In this document: positions 40,761 through 54,456 of the stretch, one piece after another
Numbering within the stretch: position 1 is the stretch's first letter
Layout of the letters: each line of letters begins with the position of its first letter
Assembly (NCBI GenBank): GCA_951406725.2
Contig: OX597839.1
Location: forward strand, 40,362,001 to 40,426,000
Direction: 5' to 3'
Length of the DNA stretch: 64,000 nucleotides
Source: Octopus vulgaris
Taxonomy: Eukaryota
Made by a program: the position numbers and the translations under genes
Notes under the pieces: model-generated
The model's input: only the letters and a program-made list of their open reading frames with translations
What the model was told of the DNA's origin: nothing
The model's database searches: none

Positions 40761-41095
40761 TTAATCCAAACATGAAAGCACAAAAAACACAACAACGCGA
40801 GGACGTGAAACAAATATAGTATTATTGGACGCTCAGGAAAGAAGGAAAGAAGGAGGGTTTAACATTTCGAGTGGAGCTCTTCGTCGGAAGTTAATCCAAA
40901 CATGAAAGCACAAAAAACACAACAACGCCAAGACGTGGAACAACTACAGTATTATTGGACGCTCAGGAAAGAATGAAAGAAGGAGGGTTTGTTTCGAGCG
41001 GAGCTCTTCGTCGGAAACATAGGAGAAGGAAAGATCCAGAGAAGGGAAGACAGAGGAAAAAAATCACCACTGGTACACACGCGGTCACATTTTGA
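40761..41095 (-). mobile_element. Penelope-like mini-element with a partial tandem duplication (130 bp) and variant hammerhead motifs
   Basis: ttaatccaaacatgaaagcac at 40761 and 40891; minus-strand CCGACGA-A-GAGC-tcc-GCTC-GAAAC; homolog at 49297-49495. Confidence 0.65.
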
Positions 41096-41262
41096 AGGGT
41101 CAGGGTTAGGGTTACATATACATATATACACACACATATATATATATATATGCGCATAAGAATAGACATAGAAATATATGCACTCTCTCACAAATTAGCA
41201 AGGACACTGACACACACACAAACACATCTCTACTCTTTGCTGTTGCTGCTGCTGCAACTTTT

Positions 41263-41480
41263 AAGGTGGCGAGTTAGCACCGGGAAAAATGTTTTGCGGC
41301 ATTTCATTCGGCATTGTTCTGAGTTCAATTTCCGCCGAAAATCCACTCTGCCTTTCAACCTTTTTAAGTACCAGTTACTAAGTACCACTGGGGGGTTAGT
41401 GTTATCGACTAGCCCACCACGACCACCACCACCACCACTCATCAATATTTCAGGCCTTGTGCCTGCAATACAAATGATTA
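41263..41480 (+). mobile_element. Diverged Meta-like SINE (tail B)
   Basis: aaggtggcgag...ttctgagttcaa...gcctttca...aagtaccag...ttcaggccttgtgcct. Confidence 0.65.
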
Positions 41481-41787
41481 TTACCATTCCTGTTTTTGTT
41501 GTTGTTGTTGTTGTTGTTGTTGTTATCTCCTGCTGTCATCTATCGCAAACAGCAATCGATTCTCTCTCTCTCTCTCTCTCCCCTCTCTCTCTCCTCCCAC
41601 TCTCCCTCCTTTTCAACTCCAACTTCTTCAAAAAGCTTGCCGTTTATCTTTTCGCTAAAAATCAAATGTCACAATTTTTTTCTTTGTGCTGTATTCATTT
41701 TGCTGTTCAGGTTGATGTTTAATTGTTTTCTTCCTCCTCCCCTTCTCTCTCTCTCTCTCTCTCTCACTCTTTCCCTCCCCTTCTGCG

Positions 41788-41821
<34 letters not shown>

Positions 41822-41906
41822 TATGTATATATGTGTGTGTGTGTTTGTGTATGTATATGTATATATATATGAGTATGTATGTATATATATACATATATAT
41901 GTATAA

Positions 41907-41948
<42 letters not shown>

Positions 41949-41955
41949 ATGTGTG

Positions 41956-42012
<57 letters not shown>

Positions 42013-42584
42013 ACCTCTTTCCACATGTTCCTCTCAATCAATGTTTAAATGTCTTAAATACCAAATTTTTTTTTTCCTAAATCCTTCTTCACCTCTCTCA
42101 CTCCGCCCTCGTTCTCCATTCTTTGTTTCGAAAATTTTCAATTTTTCTCAGAAATATCTTCCAAGACATCATTTCATTATTGCACTTTCTTTCTTTCTTC
42201 CTATCTTTCTTTCTTTTATATTTAATTTTCTGTTGTTTTTTTTTTTGTTTTTGTTTTCGTATTTCTACTTTATTTTGTTTGTATTGTCTCAGTTTAAATG
42301 TTATCTTGCCAAATTCAGAATCGCAATATCGCTAAAATATCTCCATTATCATCTTTAACTATTTTCACCATTCCACGCTTGATACAATAAAGTAGTGATA
42401 GTCGGACAACTAAGAGAAACCGCGCGCTGCCCTCGTGACCCATTTGACATTCATATCTTATTCATATCTTTTTCTAAGATATCGATAGAGTTTGGAAAGG
42501 GGCTGTTCTTTATTATCAGTGGGATTACGAATTTAAATTCACAAGCACTAGATTTCTGTTTCAATCTCACAATACATCTACAAT

Positions 42585-42750
42585 GGCGCTGGAGTGGCTG
42601 TGTGGTAAGTAGCTTGCTAACCAACCACATGGTTCCGGTTTCAGTCCCACTGCGTGGCAACCTTGGGCAAGTGTCTTCTGCTATAGCCTCGGGCCGACCA
42701 AAGCCTTGTGAGTGGATTTGGTAGACGGAAACTGAAAGAAGCCCGTCGTA

Positions 42751-42812
<62 letters not shown>

Positions 42813-43030
42813 TGTATGTTTGTGTGTCTGTGTTTGTCCCCTAGCATTGCTTGACAACCGATGCTGGTGTGTTTACGTCCCCGTTACTTAGCGGTTCGGC
42901 AAAAGAGACCGATAGAATAAGTACGGGGCTTACAAAAGAATAAGTCCCGGGATCGAGTTGCTCGATTAAAGACGGTGCTCCAGCATGGCCGCAGGCCAAA
43001 TGACTGAAACAAGTAAAAGAATAAAAGAAT
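42585..43030 (+). mobile_element. Full-length CORE-like SINE
   Basis: Family match with 3' repeats. Confidence 0.95.
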
Positions 43031-43764
43031 AATGGCATAACCGAGTATCTTTCGCCAAAGCTTAACAGTGATCAAATCATCGTGACTGAAAAGGGGCCGC
43101 AGAGAAACTAAAGGGGCACCCTTCCGGCAGATTAAGAGCATGTATCTGTATTAGTTTACTCAAGAATTTCCATTCACGATCTAATATTCGTTTTAATCCC
43201 ATAATGCACCCTAACCGAATGTGCTTTGTCAAAGCTACCCATTGATAAATTACTGAGAGTGAAATGTGGATAGATGGAAACTGTAAATACCCGTCGGGTA
43301 GATTAAGTCCAACATTTGTTATTGAGTAAAGGACAAGCACCCAAACAGTAGGTCTATCGATAACGCTTTCGTGGATAGTTGAGGAGGGTGCACAGTTACG
43401 TTTTTTCTCTCCACGTAATATATGAATCTTTCATAGTATAAAGTGTTCGCTGAAACCTATGGATATGTTCTATAATATATTTTATAGGTAAGCAATATCA
43501 CTAACGAACCAGTAATTTAAAATTCAAACTAGTATCAAATTTACGTTTGCCACTAATATCAGTAAGATTATAATCTGTTTGTTCGTTTATATTTAAAGAA
43601 AGTCGGCCGTTGCTGAAAAAAACTGACATAACTCCAAAAACATTGGAAATGTGCACCATAATCTTCTGCCCGCAAATATATTGTGTATATAGACTAAATA
43701 TTTACATTCGTCGTAAAATAAAGTGTTGGATAAAAATATATAACAACCTGATCCAATGAATATT

Positions 43765-44154
43765 GGATGGAAGCACTCCGTCGGTTACGACGATGAGGGT
43801 TCCGGTTGATCCGAATCAACGGAACAGCCTGCTCGTGAAATTAACGTGTAAGTGGCTGAGCACTCCACAGACACGTGCACCCTTAACGTTGTTCTCGGGG
43901 ATATTCAGCGTGACACAGAGAGTGACAAGGCCGGCCCCTTGAAAATACAGGTACAACAGAAACAGGAAGTAAGAGTGAGAGAAAGTTGTGGTGAAAGAGT
44001 ACAGCAGGGATCACCACCATCCCCTGCCAGAGCACGTGGAGCTTTTTAGGTGTTTTTCGCTCAATAAACACTCACAACGCCCGGTCTGGGAATTGAAACC
44101 ACGATCCTATGACCGCGAGTCCGCTGCCCTAACCACTGGGCCATTGCGCCTCCA
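43765..44154 (-). mobile_element. Full-length tRNA-derived SINE with a 12-bp TSD
   Basis: TSD ccaatgaatatt at 43753-43764 and 44155-44166; A box tggcccagtgg and B box ggtttcaattccc on the minus strand. Confidence 0.95.
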
Positions 44155-44696
44155 CCAATGAATATTACAGTTTACAAGGACCTGAATGGTTAGTTGATTC
44201 CGGACGTCATCAATTCATGACAAAATCCTTACAGTTACTGTAAAGATTTTCATGTTTCAACGCAGTGGTTTGGGGTTCAAATCCGTGACAGTGATTTGAT
44301 GCTTGGGATCTTGCCAATATTACTGATATATACGTGTGTGTGTAAGCCTATTTCCAATAATTATATATGTATCCATCATCTATAATGATTTACAATATCT
44401 ATATTTAAATAAACTGCCAATAATTTTGAAATGCGATTGTCATCACGTGTTTCATTGAAATATATATACAATGTACTCAGCAAGATTCTACCTAAGCTCT
44501 TTTATTAAATTCCTTATCGGTTTTTAACAATAAATTTCTAGATCATTAATGTCTGATTTATCTCTATATATTAAGATATTTCTCTCTACACTATATTTCG
44601 CTCGCTTCAACTTCCAATAAACCGTATACTGTTCGTTATACGGACATAACTCGAGAAAGGATTCTCACTCAGATAACCTTGTTTTCCGACTGTATA

Positions 44697-45209
44697 TCTA
44701 TATATATAAAACTCTAGTTGTGTGAGTGTCTGTCCCCTTCGATTTAGATTCCTAACTACTCCCATATTTTGCGGTGCAGTTTAACCAAATTCGGGTATCT
44801 TATAGTCGTGATTCATATCGAGCCCGTCTGAGTATTAGCGCGCGTCTACGATGAGTCTACGATTTAAAAAATAATTTAACATCATTTTTTATTCCATTTT
44901 AATGCATAATTTTTCGTGTGTCGATGGTGGCGGAGTTGGCGTCCATGGTCACACCTGCACCTGTTTGCTTCTCCCCCTTCTTCCCTCCCTCGTGAAGCTG
45001 TGAGGAAGGGAGTGTAAAGAAATCAACGTCGTAAAGCGTTGTCAAGGAGACCAGCGTTCTTTTAGAACAACGACTTCATGGCTTGAAGACACCAAAACAG
45101 AAATGGCTAAGAAAGCCCGAATTGGCATCTATAAGGGAAGTAACTCTCTAAAAATGCTTATATAGTTATTTCCCTTACAAACCCGAGCAACGCCGGGCGA
45201 TACTGCTAG
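44697..45209 (+). mobile_element. Non-autonomous Helitron, second copy
   Basis: A|TC...cccgagcaacgccggg...CTAG|T; shares both ends with 26903-27301. Confidence 0.9.
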
Positions 45210-45410
45210 TCTACAATATTTCCATTTTCACTGCTTCAGTCAAGTCTCTCTTTACACGTCATCAGATGTACACAGTCTTGGTAACAGACCAGATTAGAAG
45301 TATGGGATTATCACATCTTCATCCTGTATACTTCGAATTCTTTGTCCTGAAAATTTGCTGTCAGACAAATTCGTCGTATGGACGATGATAAAGTGTAATA
45401 TACCAGCGTT

Positions 45411-45997
45411 GGCGACGAGCTGGCAGAAACGTTAGAATCCGGGCGAAATGCTTAGCGGTATTTCGTCTGCGTTACGTTGTGAGTTCAGATTCCGCCGAGG
45501 TCGACTTTGCCTTTCATCCTTTCGGGGTCGATAAATTAAGTACCAGTTACACACTGGGGTCGATGTAATCGACTTAATACCTATGTCTGTCCTTGTTTGT
45601 CCGCTCTGTGTTTAGCCCCTTGTGGGTAGTAAAGAAATAGGTATTTTGCCCGTCTTTACGTTCTGAGTTCAAATTCCGTCAAAGCCGACTTTTCTTTTTA
45701 TCCTTTCGGGGTCCATTAAATAAGTACCAGTTACTCACTGGGGTCGATATAATCGACTTAATCCGTTTGTTTGTCCCCTCTGTGTTTAACCCCTCGTGGG
45801 TAGTAAAGAAATAGGTATTTCCTCTGCCGTCACGTTCTGAGTTCAAATTCCGTTGAGGTCGACTTTGCCTTTCATCCATTCGGAGTCGATTAAATAAGTA
45901 CCAGTTACGCACTGGGGTCGTTTTAATTGACTCAATTCCTTTGTCGGTCCTTGTTTGTCCCCTGTATGTTTAGCCCCTTATGGGCAATAAAGAAATA
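45411..45997 (+). mobile_element. Meta-like SINE array: head plus three bodies
   Basis: aaagaaata|ggtattt junctions at ~45640 and ~45814. Confidence 0.95.
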
Positions 45998-46274
45998 ATA
46001 ATCGTTAGCGCGCTAGATTTCGGTTTCAATCCCGCAATGCATCTACATCGTATCTTTTGTGAAAGCTGAACATCAATCAAAATAGTGTGACTGAAATATG
46101 ATTCATTCGGAAACCAAACTCCATATTCTGCCGTGGTCGATTCTCTCTTTCATCCGTTTCTAGATCGATAAAATAACTACTAGTTGATCACCGGGACCTA
46201 TGTAATAGAATTACCTCCTCCCTCGAAGCTGCAAGCCTTCCTTGTATCAAAACTTGAAAACAAGGTACCAAATA

Positions 46275-46701
46275 GGCGCAGGAGTGGCTGTGTGGTAAGT
46301 AGCTTGCTTACCAACCACATGGTTCCGGGTTCAGTCCCACTGCGTGGCATCTTTGGCAAGTGTCTTCTGCTATAGCCTCGGGCCGACCAAAGTCTTGTGA
46401 GTGGATTTGGTAGATGGAAACCGAAAGAAGACCATCGTATATATGTATATATATATATATATATGTGTGTGTGCGTGTATGTTTGTGTGTCTGTGTTTGT
46501 CCCCCTAGCATTGCTTGACAACCGATGCTGGTGTGTTTATGTCGCCATTACTTAGCGGTTCGGCAAAAGAGACCGATAGAATAAGTACTGGGCTTACAAA
46601 AGAATAAGTCCCGGGGTCGAGTTGCTCGATTAAAGGTGGTGCTCCAGCATGGCCGCAGTCAAATGACTGAAACAAGTAAAAGAGTAAGAGAGTAAAGAGT
46701 A
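46275..46701 (+). mobile_element. Full-length CORE-like SINE
   Basis: Family match. Confidence 0.95.
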
Positions 46702-47219
46702 AATATTGTTCCAGGCTAGATTCGAACTGGTAAACTAATGCCCTCTGTACTATAAGTAAATAACGTCCTTAGCCATTAAGCCACTGGCATATGTATATTT
46801 AAATAATCTCCAAGATTGTTCTTGTAAAGGAAACCAATATTCGAAAAGAATCTTACTTCCATAAAATTAGTTTTATATTCTTCTTTAAACACCAATAACT
46901 AAAGACACAGCAACAATATTTAGCATTCACGCACACACATGCTTACGAACATACACATATACATGCATATACAATACATGCATACATGCATGCACACAGG
47001 TACACAGGCACACGCACTCGCTCACTCGTACGCCAATGTGATGGGGTGGGGGTGTAAGGGGGGATTAGGATGGTGGATGGAGGACGGGGTGGGCAACTGG
47101 AACAAATGAAAATGAAAAGCAAAAATATAAAAGACAAACAAACAAACAAAAACAGACAAATATATATCAGAAAATATCGTTATTTAAATATTGGACAAAT
47201 GAAAGTAAAAGCCGATAGC

Positions 47220-47260
47220 AACAACAACAACAACAGCAAATAATAATGATAATAATAATA

Positions 47261-47295
<35 letters not shown>

Positions 47296-47365
47296 AATAT
47301 TAATAATAATGATGATGATGATGATGATGATAAAAATAATAATAATAATAATAATAATAATGATG

Positions 47366-47402
<37 letters not shown>

Positions 47403-47497
47403 TAATAATAATGATGATGATGATGATGATGAGGAGGAGGAGGAGGAGGATGATAATAATAATAATAATAATAATAATGATAATAATGATAATAATG

Positions 47498-47531
<34 letters not shown>

Positions 47532-47574
47532 TAATGATGATGATGATGATAAAAATGATAATAATAATAATAAC

Positions 47575-47621
<47 letters not shown>

Positions 47622-47818
47622 TAATGATGATAAAATAATAATAATAATAATAACAATAATAATAATAATAATAATAATAATGATCATGATGACCCTGATA
47701 ATAATGAGATGATGATGATGATCATCATCAGGAAGATGATAATGATAATGTCGATGATGATGATGGAAGTGTTTATAATAATGATGATGATGATGATGAT
47801 GATGATAATGATGATGAT
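47220..47818. repeat. Compound (AAT)/(GAT)/(GAG) microsatellite
   Basis: Direct inspection. Confidence 0.95.
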
Positions 47819-48210
47819 TTTCAATACAACATATAAATCCAACAAAAACCACGCAAATACCATTATTATCATTATTAAGAATCATTTATATTGTGCTTCT
47901 GCGATCTTGTCTTTTATTTGAGTTTATTTTAATTTTATTTTAAATATATTCTTATATTTTTACATTTTTAAAAATTATTTTTATTATTATTTATTTTTTT
48001 TTTTTTTTCACATTTAGCTTTCGGAGATGGTTGTTCATATTTAAACTGACAAAATATCTGAAGAAATACATTCATATTTTTGACATTTAAATCCTAACTG
48101 ATTTCCGATTAATCAAACTGTGTGCCTCAGTTTATCTCGTTATGTTTTTTAGATATTGTTTTTTCCAATTTTTTTCCTCCAAAATTTATTTCGCAGTGTA
48201 TGCATATGTG

Positions 48211-48254
<44 letters not shown>

Positions 48255-48689
48255 TTACACTAAGTGCATATATGTATGCAGAAGTGTGCGTAGCGACTGA
48301 TTTGGCATTCTTCTAGGACAATAAGATTAACAAATACTTCCATTCATTTAACACGTTTTTGTTGTTGTTATTGCTCTCATTGTTGATAGTATTGTTCGGA
48401 TTTGTTGTGTCGTTGTTGTTGTTGTCATTGATAGTGTTGTTGTTGTTGTTGTAGGTGGTCTTGTTTCTGTAGGCGTTGTTTTTTGTTCTATATCATTTAT
48501 TTTATTCATTATTGATTTATATATGTTTTTTTTCTCTCATTTAAATTTGAATTGTACGAAGAGATTCGATGCATTTCTAAACTACCATTTCGATTAGTTC
48601 TCATTAATTTTCAACATTCCATCATTTGATTCATGTCTCACTATTTACCTAACATATATATACATATATACATGCACACATATACATAC

Positions 48690-48720
<31 letters not shown>

Positions 48721-48982
48721 TGTATGTATGTATGTATGTATGTATGTATGTATGTATGTATGTATGCGGCAATACCAGCGGCCGAGTAGCGTTTAAGCAT
48801 AAGTGAACTTTACGTTAGTTAAAATGACTTTGCGACATATTTCAACTTTTAAAAGCAAATTGACTTCAGTTACAACGAAGAAAAATGTCCTATGGTAAAA
48901 TGTGTAGAAACACAAAATTTGCCCAGGGTTGCGCCAGACAGCATTTCTATCTCTTTAACCGTTATCAATGGGAATATATATA

Positions 48983-49176
48983 TAACGGGAAGGTTTACGA
49001 AAATAAACAAAAGACGAAGACAGGTGGAGTACAAACAAACATTGTATTAGTATGGCGCTCAGGAATTGAAATAAAACCAGTCTTTTACGTTTCGAGCCTA
49101 CGCTCTTCGACAGAAAGATACACAGAAAAGAAACAAGGAGAGAAAAAAATTGCGTGTAGGGGATAACGATCCAACA
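48983..49176 (-). mobile_element. Penelope-like mini-element with a variant hammerhead motif
   Basis: Minus strand 49081-49118: tcttt-CTGTCGA-A-GAGC-gtag-GCTC-GAAA-cg-TA-aaaga; TA-rich flanks. Confidence 0.6.
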
Positions 49177-49232
49177 AATATATTATATATATATTTATAT
49201 ATATATATATATATATGTGCGCATGCATACAT

Positions 49233-49295
<63 letters not shown>

Positions 49296-49296
49296 G

Positions 49297-49495
49297 TCAA
49301 TCCAAACATGAACAAGCAAGAAAAGTCAACAACGCGATGATGTGAAATAAGTACGGTATTATTGGACGCTCAAGAAAGGAAAGAAAAAAAGAGAATCTCA
49401 CGTTTCGAGTGGAGCTCTTCATCAGGAATATAGGAAAAGTCCAAAGAAGCGAAAACGGAGAGATAAAATCGCCAACGATACACACGCGGTCACAT
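49297..49495 (-). mobile_element. Penelope-like mini-element (family of 40761-41095)
   Basis: Aligns with 40891-41090; minus-strand CTGATGA-A-GAG-ctcca-CTC-GAAACG. Confidence 0.65.
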
Positions 49496-49518
49496 ACGTA
49501 TATATATAAATATATATA

Positions 49519-49770
49519 TTAGCTTGGTGCATAATTATTGCGGCTTCTTTTCCATAAATTTTATTCAACAAAAACAATAACAACATTTAGCAAAAACATA
49601 TTTTGAATGATTATTCCGACCGGCTGCCAAGCAAATGGGAAGCAGTAATTGAAGTAGATGGTGAATAGGCTCCGGGATAATCATTTAAAGATGCTTTTGT
49701 TAAATGTTGTTATTGTTTTTGTTGAATAAAATTTGTTGAAAAAAGCCAAAATAATTATGCACCAACCTAA
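49519..49770. mobile_element. Mariner-derived MITE with ~95-bp inverted arms
   Basis: TA|TTAG(C/G)TTGGTGCATAATTATT termini; the centre encodes RLPSKWEAVIEVDGE*, a mariner-like C-terminus. Confidence 0.9.
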
Positions 49771-51004
49771 TATATATATTTATATATACACGTGTGTATA
49801 TATATTCATATATACACGTGCATATATATATATATATACATACATATTTTTACTAGTTTAAATATATATATATATGTATACATACATATACACATATATG
49901 CGAGTGATTATATATTTATACATGTGTGTGTGTGAGTTTGTGTGTGTGGTGTGATTATATATGTGTATTCAAAAGAAACCAATCGGATAAGAACCATGCT
50001 TTAACAAAATAAGTACTGGCTTCGATTCGTTCGATTAAAATTCTTTAAGGCGGTGCCCCAGAATGGCCGCAGTCCTATGACAGAAACGAATAAAAGGAAA
50101 ACTATAAAAATATCAGCAGGAGCACACGAAATTCGCCTGGCGGCGCTGGTGAGAATGCTAGCTCTGTGTTTCTGGCTATTTCGAAATTGTCAATAGCATG
50201 TATTCTCTGCCAAACTGAATGATAAGCCAAAATGAGTCGCTAGTGATATAGAAAAGCAGCGACTGATATATCACTGTTGTTGCAATTAACTGTCCGGCTG
50301 AATAAATATCCATTATCTGCAACAGAAGAAGTATTGTACTAACCTAGCCATCTGTGTATAAAACTTTCTGTAGAGAATGAGAGCGGTAAACAGAGAGCTA
50401 GATTGATGGATAAACAGATAAAGGCACACACACACACACACACATACATATAATATCTATCTATCTACCTATCTATCTATCTATATATATATATATGTAT
50501 GTATTAACAGTCGACAACTGACAAGGGGGTTGGACTTCTTTTGGTATTTTGTCCCGTATTTGTCTCTCATTATATGTATGTGTGTGTATGCATGTATGTA
50601 TATGTGCGTCTGTATGTATTTATGTATGTATTATGTGTGTGTGTGTATGTATGTATGTATGTATGTATGTATGTATGTATGTATGTACGTATGTACGTAT
50701 GTATGTACGTACGTACGTACGTACGTATGTATGTATGTATGTATGTTTGTATGTATGTACGTACGTACGTACGTATGTATGTATGTATGTATGTATGGTA
50801 AGCAGACTTATAATTGCCGAGTGTGTCAGTATTCTACAGAATATAAATGAATTTTTGAACCCAAGATGGCTGTGAAGGCAGGTTAAAGAATCGAAATTTG
50901 AGACGTACAGGGTTCGAAATCCATGGAAGCTTACTTGCCACCTTTCTAAGGGAATTTACTCGATTCTCTAAGCCCTCTTAACCGATAACGTTATAATGCT
51001 CATT

Positions 51005-51366
51005 ATAAGGTTACCCAGATGATATAGGATACTGGGCAAAAAATAAAGACCTTGTCGATCATGAAAGACCATGGAATTACATCTAGAAAGTTGCTCTCCA
51101 AGGCACAAGTCCGAGTAATGTCCTTTATGGAAGCCCAGCAGTCACCCATGCACACCAGAACCCCACTCTTTATGCAACTGATGCTATTATAGGGAAAGGC
51201 AAAAGCCGATACAGCTTGGCACTAGTGACGTTGCAAATAATTTCTACAGCTGAGTGAAATGGAGCATTATGAAAATAAAGTGTCTTGCTCAAGAGGACAA
51301 CACACAGCCCGGTACGAGACACGAACTCACTACTTATTGATTGTAAGCCTGACGCTCTAACCACTT
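51005..51366 (-). mobile_element. tRNA/CORE-head SINE with a third tail type (diverged)
   Basis: Minus strand gtggttagagcgtcaggc...gagttcgtgtc...tcttgagcaagacactttatttt, as in 61508-61640. Confidence 0.7.
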
Positions 51367-51424
51367 ACCTTCACAATCCTCCCATTTGTCACGTGATTTA
51401 AAATTAAACAATATTTATTTTTTT

Positions 51425-51655
51425 TATTTCTTTATTACCCACAAGGGGCTAAACATAGAGGGAACAAACAAGGACAAACAAACGGATTAAGTCGATTACG
51501 TCGACCCCAGTGCGTAACTGGTACTTGATTTATCGACCCCGAAGGGATGAAAGGCAAAGTCGACCTCGGCGGAATTTGAACTCAGAACGTAACGGCAGAC
51601 GAAATACGGCTACGCATTTCGCCCGGCGTGCTAACGTTTCTGCCAGCTCGCCGCC
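51425..51655 (-). mobile_element. Full-length Meta-like SINE (tail A) with a short A-rich end
   Basis: Near-consensus copy. Confidence 0.95.
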
Positions 51656-52134
51656 TTGATTGTTTCCACATGTACTGAACATCGAGAAATGGGATTTCAA
51701 CAGCTGAGGATTCCTCTACAAAAAAAAAAAAATGTATCTGTAATAATTCGTCTCCTGATTTCCGCTAAATCTATATTTCTCTACGTGGCTGAATAACGTA
51801 ATTTCTAACGTTTACTATACTAGAAAATTGCATTTTAATTTAGATTAAAATAACATAAATATAGTAAAATAATTGAGGTGATACTTTCTCAATTCACTGA
51901 ATTAAAATTAACAATAAACTCATTATTGAATAATTCACACATCATAGAAGCCTCAAAAACGTTCATATTAATTGCATAAAAATACAAATTACATGCGCAT
52001 GTATTTACTTCAGCAATACATAAAAACTTACTATGATTTAGATAATTGAGGGAACAGTCATAAAATTAGCGACTGAGATCAATTGGATCAACTAAAGCCC
52101 TTAATCCCGTGCTTTAGTATAGATCCAGTCTATG

Positions 52135-52334
52135 ATACCCCATTTCAGTCATTAGACTGCGGTCATGCTTGGGATCGCCTTGAGGAATTGTAGTGAATCA
52201 AATCAACCCCAGTATTTATATTTTTATAAGTTTGGTACTTATTCTATCGATCTCATATGCCGGACTGCTGTGTTACGTGGAAGTAAACACATCGACACCT
52301 GCTGACGGGAGTTAAATACTGACTCAAAGACACA

Positions 52335-52398
<64 letters not shown>

Positions 52399-52625
52399 AG
52401 GAAGCATTTGTCTTTGTGCGCATGTATTTGTGTGTGCATATATAGACACACACACGTGTATGATACAACGGGCTTCTTTCAGTTTCCGTCTACCAAATCC
52501 ACTAACAAAGCTTTGGTCGGCCCAAGGCCATACAAGAAGACACTTTAACAAGGTGCGATACAGTGGGGCTGAACCCGGAACCGTGTGCTTGTAAAAGAAA
52601 ACTTAATGTCACGCAGCCTCTCCTG
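52135..52625 (-). mobile_element. Diverged CORE-like SINE
   Basis: Family match on both sides of an internal (TA)n(GA)n. Confidence 0.75.
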
Positions 52626-52626
52626 A

Positions 52627-52661
<35 letters not shown>

Positions 52662-52983
52662 TATTATATATATATATAAAAGCAGAATTTTGGCTAGTTG
52701 AAATACCGTTTGTCACATAATTCAACTGCTAAAAGACAAAGTTCGTTCAGAGTTGTCTCTCTTAGGTACATCTCATTGACAAGAGTCGAAAAACACCAAA
52801 CATCGATGACTCAGCGAGAAGAATCACTAGAGTCTAGCAACTTATAGCTAACTGGAGCATCACCAACATCCACTGTGGCTAGTCGGAATATGAAACCGAT
52901 CTAAGAGGAAAAACGATATCCGACGGGATTACCTATCCCTTTGAAATCAGTTTTGAAAATATCAGTTTTGGATATATATACAT

Positions 52984-53034
<51 letters not shown>

Positions 53035-53167
53035 TATATGCATATATATATATACATATACATATATATATACATATTTATACATATATATATATACATA
53101 TATATATATTTATACATATATATATATTTACCTATATATATACATACACATTTATACATATATATAC

Positions 53168-53215
<48 letters not shown>

Positions 53216-54206
53216 ATATATATATACATATATACATATATATATATACATATACATATATATATATATATACATATATACATATACATACATAAATATA
53301 CATATATATATACCTATATATGTATACATATATTTTCACACACACACATATATATATATATATACACATATATATACATAGAAATATATATATATATCTG
53401 TATGAGTTCATGTATACACACACGCACACAAACATATATATATACATACACACACATATATATGTTCATGCATACACATATCTATATCTAGCTATATAAA
53501 AAGAGAAATACACACACACATGTATATACATATATGTGTGTGTGTGCGTGTGTGGACAGTGCATTTAACTAAACGCTAATTTAAACTTATTTTCCTAATT
53601 ACCTTGCTGATCAGGAAACTAAAAACTGCAAACTCCATAAACAAGAGCAAAGAAATTTTACAAAATCTCCAAAAAATACAATTAATCACCATCTATTCCT
53701 TCCACCTCACTGCATCTTACTACCGCTTCGCCCCTCCCACCAGAGCCCCAGAACCCACCTAATTAAAGCCAGAGAATCAAATAATTGTTAACTGCAATCA
53801 TTGACTTTAATTAACGTGTGAAGTGTTACACCAAATAAATAAAGAAACAAAGAAAGGAAGAAAGAAGGGAAGAAGGAAAGAAAGAAAGAAAGAATGAGAA
53901 ATTACTTCCGTCGAAACAAACTTGAAGATAAGTTCGACGAGAAATTATTTTACACGACTTAAACTGAATGATGCATTTTGACCTATATTTACGGTGTCGC
54001 TAATACTACTACCTCTGCTACTACTACTACTGCTGCTGCTGCTGCTACTACTACCAAAACTGCTGTTAGTACTACCACTATTACTACTACTACTACCACG
54101 ACAACTAATACTGCTATTGTTACTACTAGTACTACTACCGCTATTTGTAGCTGCTTAGCTGTTATCTAACTGATCTACGATCTGAAAAAAAAACACCCAA
54201 ACCAAA

Positions 54207-54390
54207 AGTGTGGTAAGTAGCTTGCTAACCAACCACATGGTTGCGGGTTCAGTCCCACTGCGTGGCATCTTGGGCAAGTGTCTTCTGCTATAGCCCCGGG
54301 CCGACCAATGCCTTGTGAGTGGATTTGGTAGACGGAAACTGAAAGAAGCCTGTCGTATATATGTATACAAGTAAAAGAGTAAAAGAGTAA
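54207..54390 (+). mobile_element. Internally deleted CORE-like SINE
   Basis: 5' half joined directly to the acaagtaaaagagtaaaagagta end. Confidence 0.85.
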
Positions 54391-54456
54391 TACACATACA
54401 CACATATATATATGTAGATGATTAATCAATTATCATTATTATTATTATCATTATAT

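Noticed and set aside
41096-41114. gggtcagggttagggtta telomere-like motif next to the Penelope-like element
   Set aside because: Only about 2-3 imperfect units and absent from the homolog at 49495
43077-43340. 87-aa non-repetitive ORF with LNLP(D/E)G twice
   Set aside because: No family recognised and no splice support
53570-53830. Cluster of TAAT/TAATTA homeodomain-like sites
   Set aside because: Expected by chance at this AT content; conservation data would be needed
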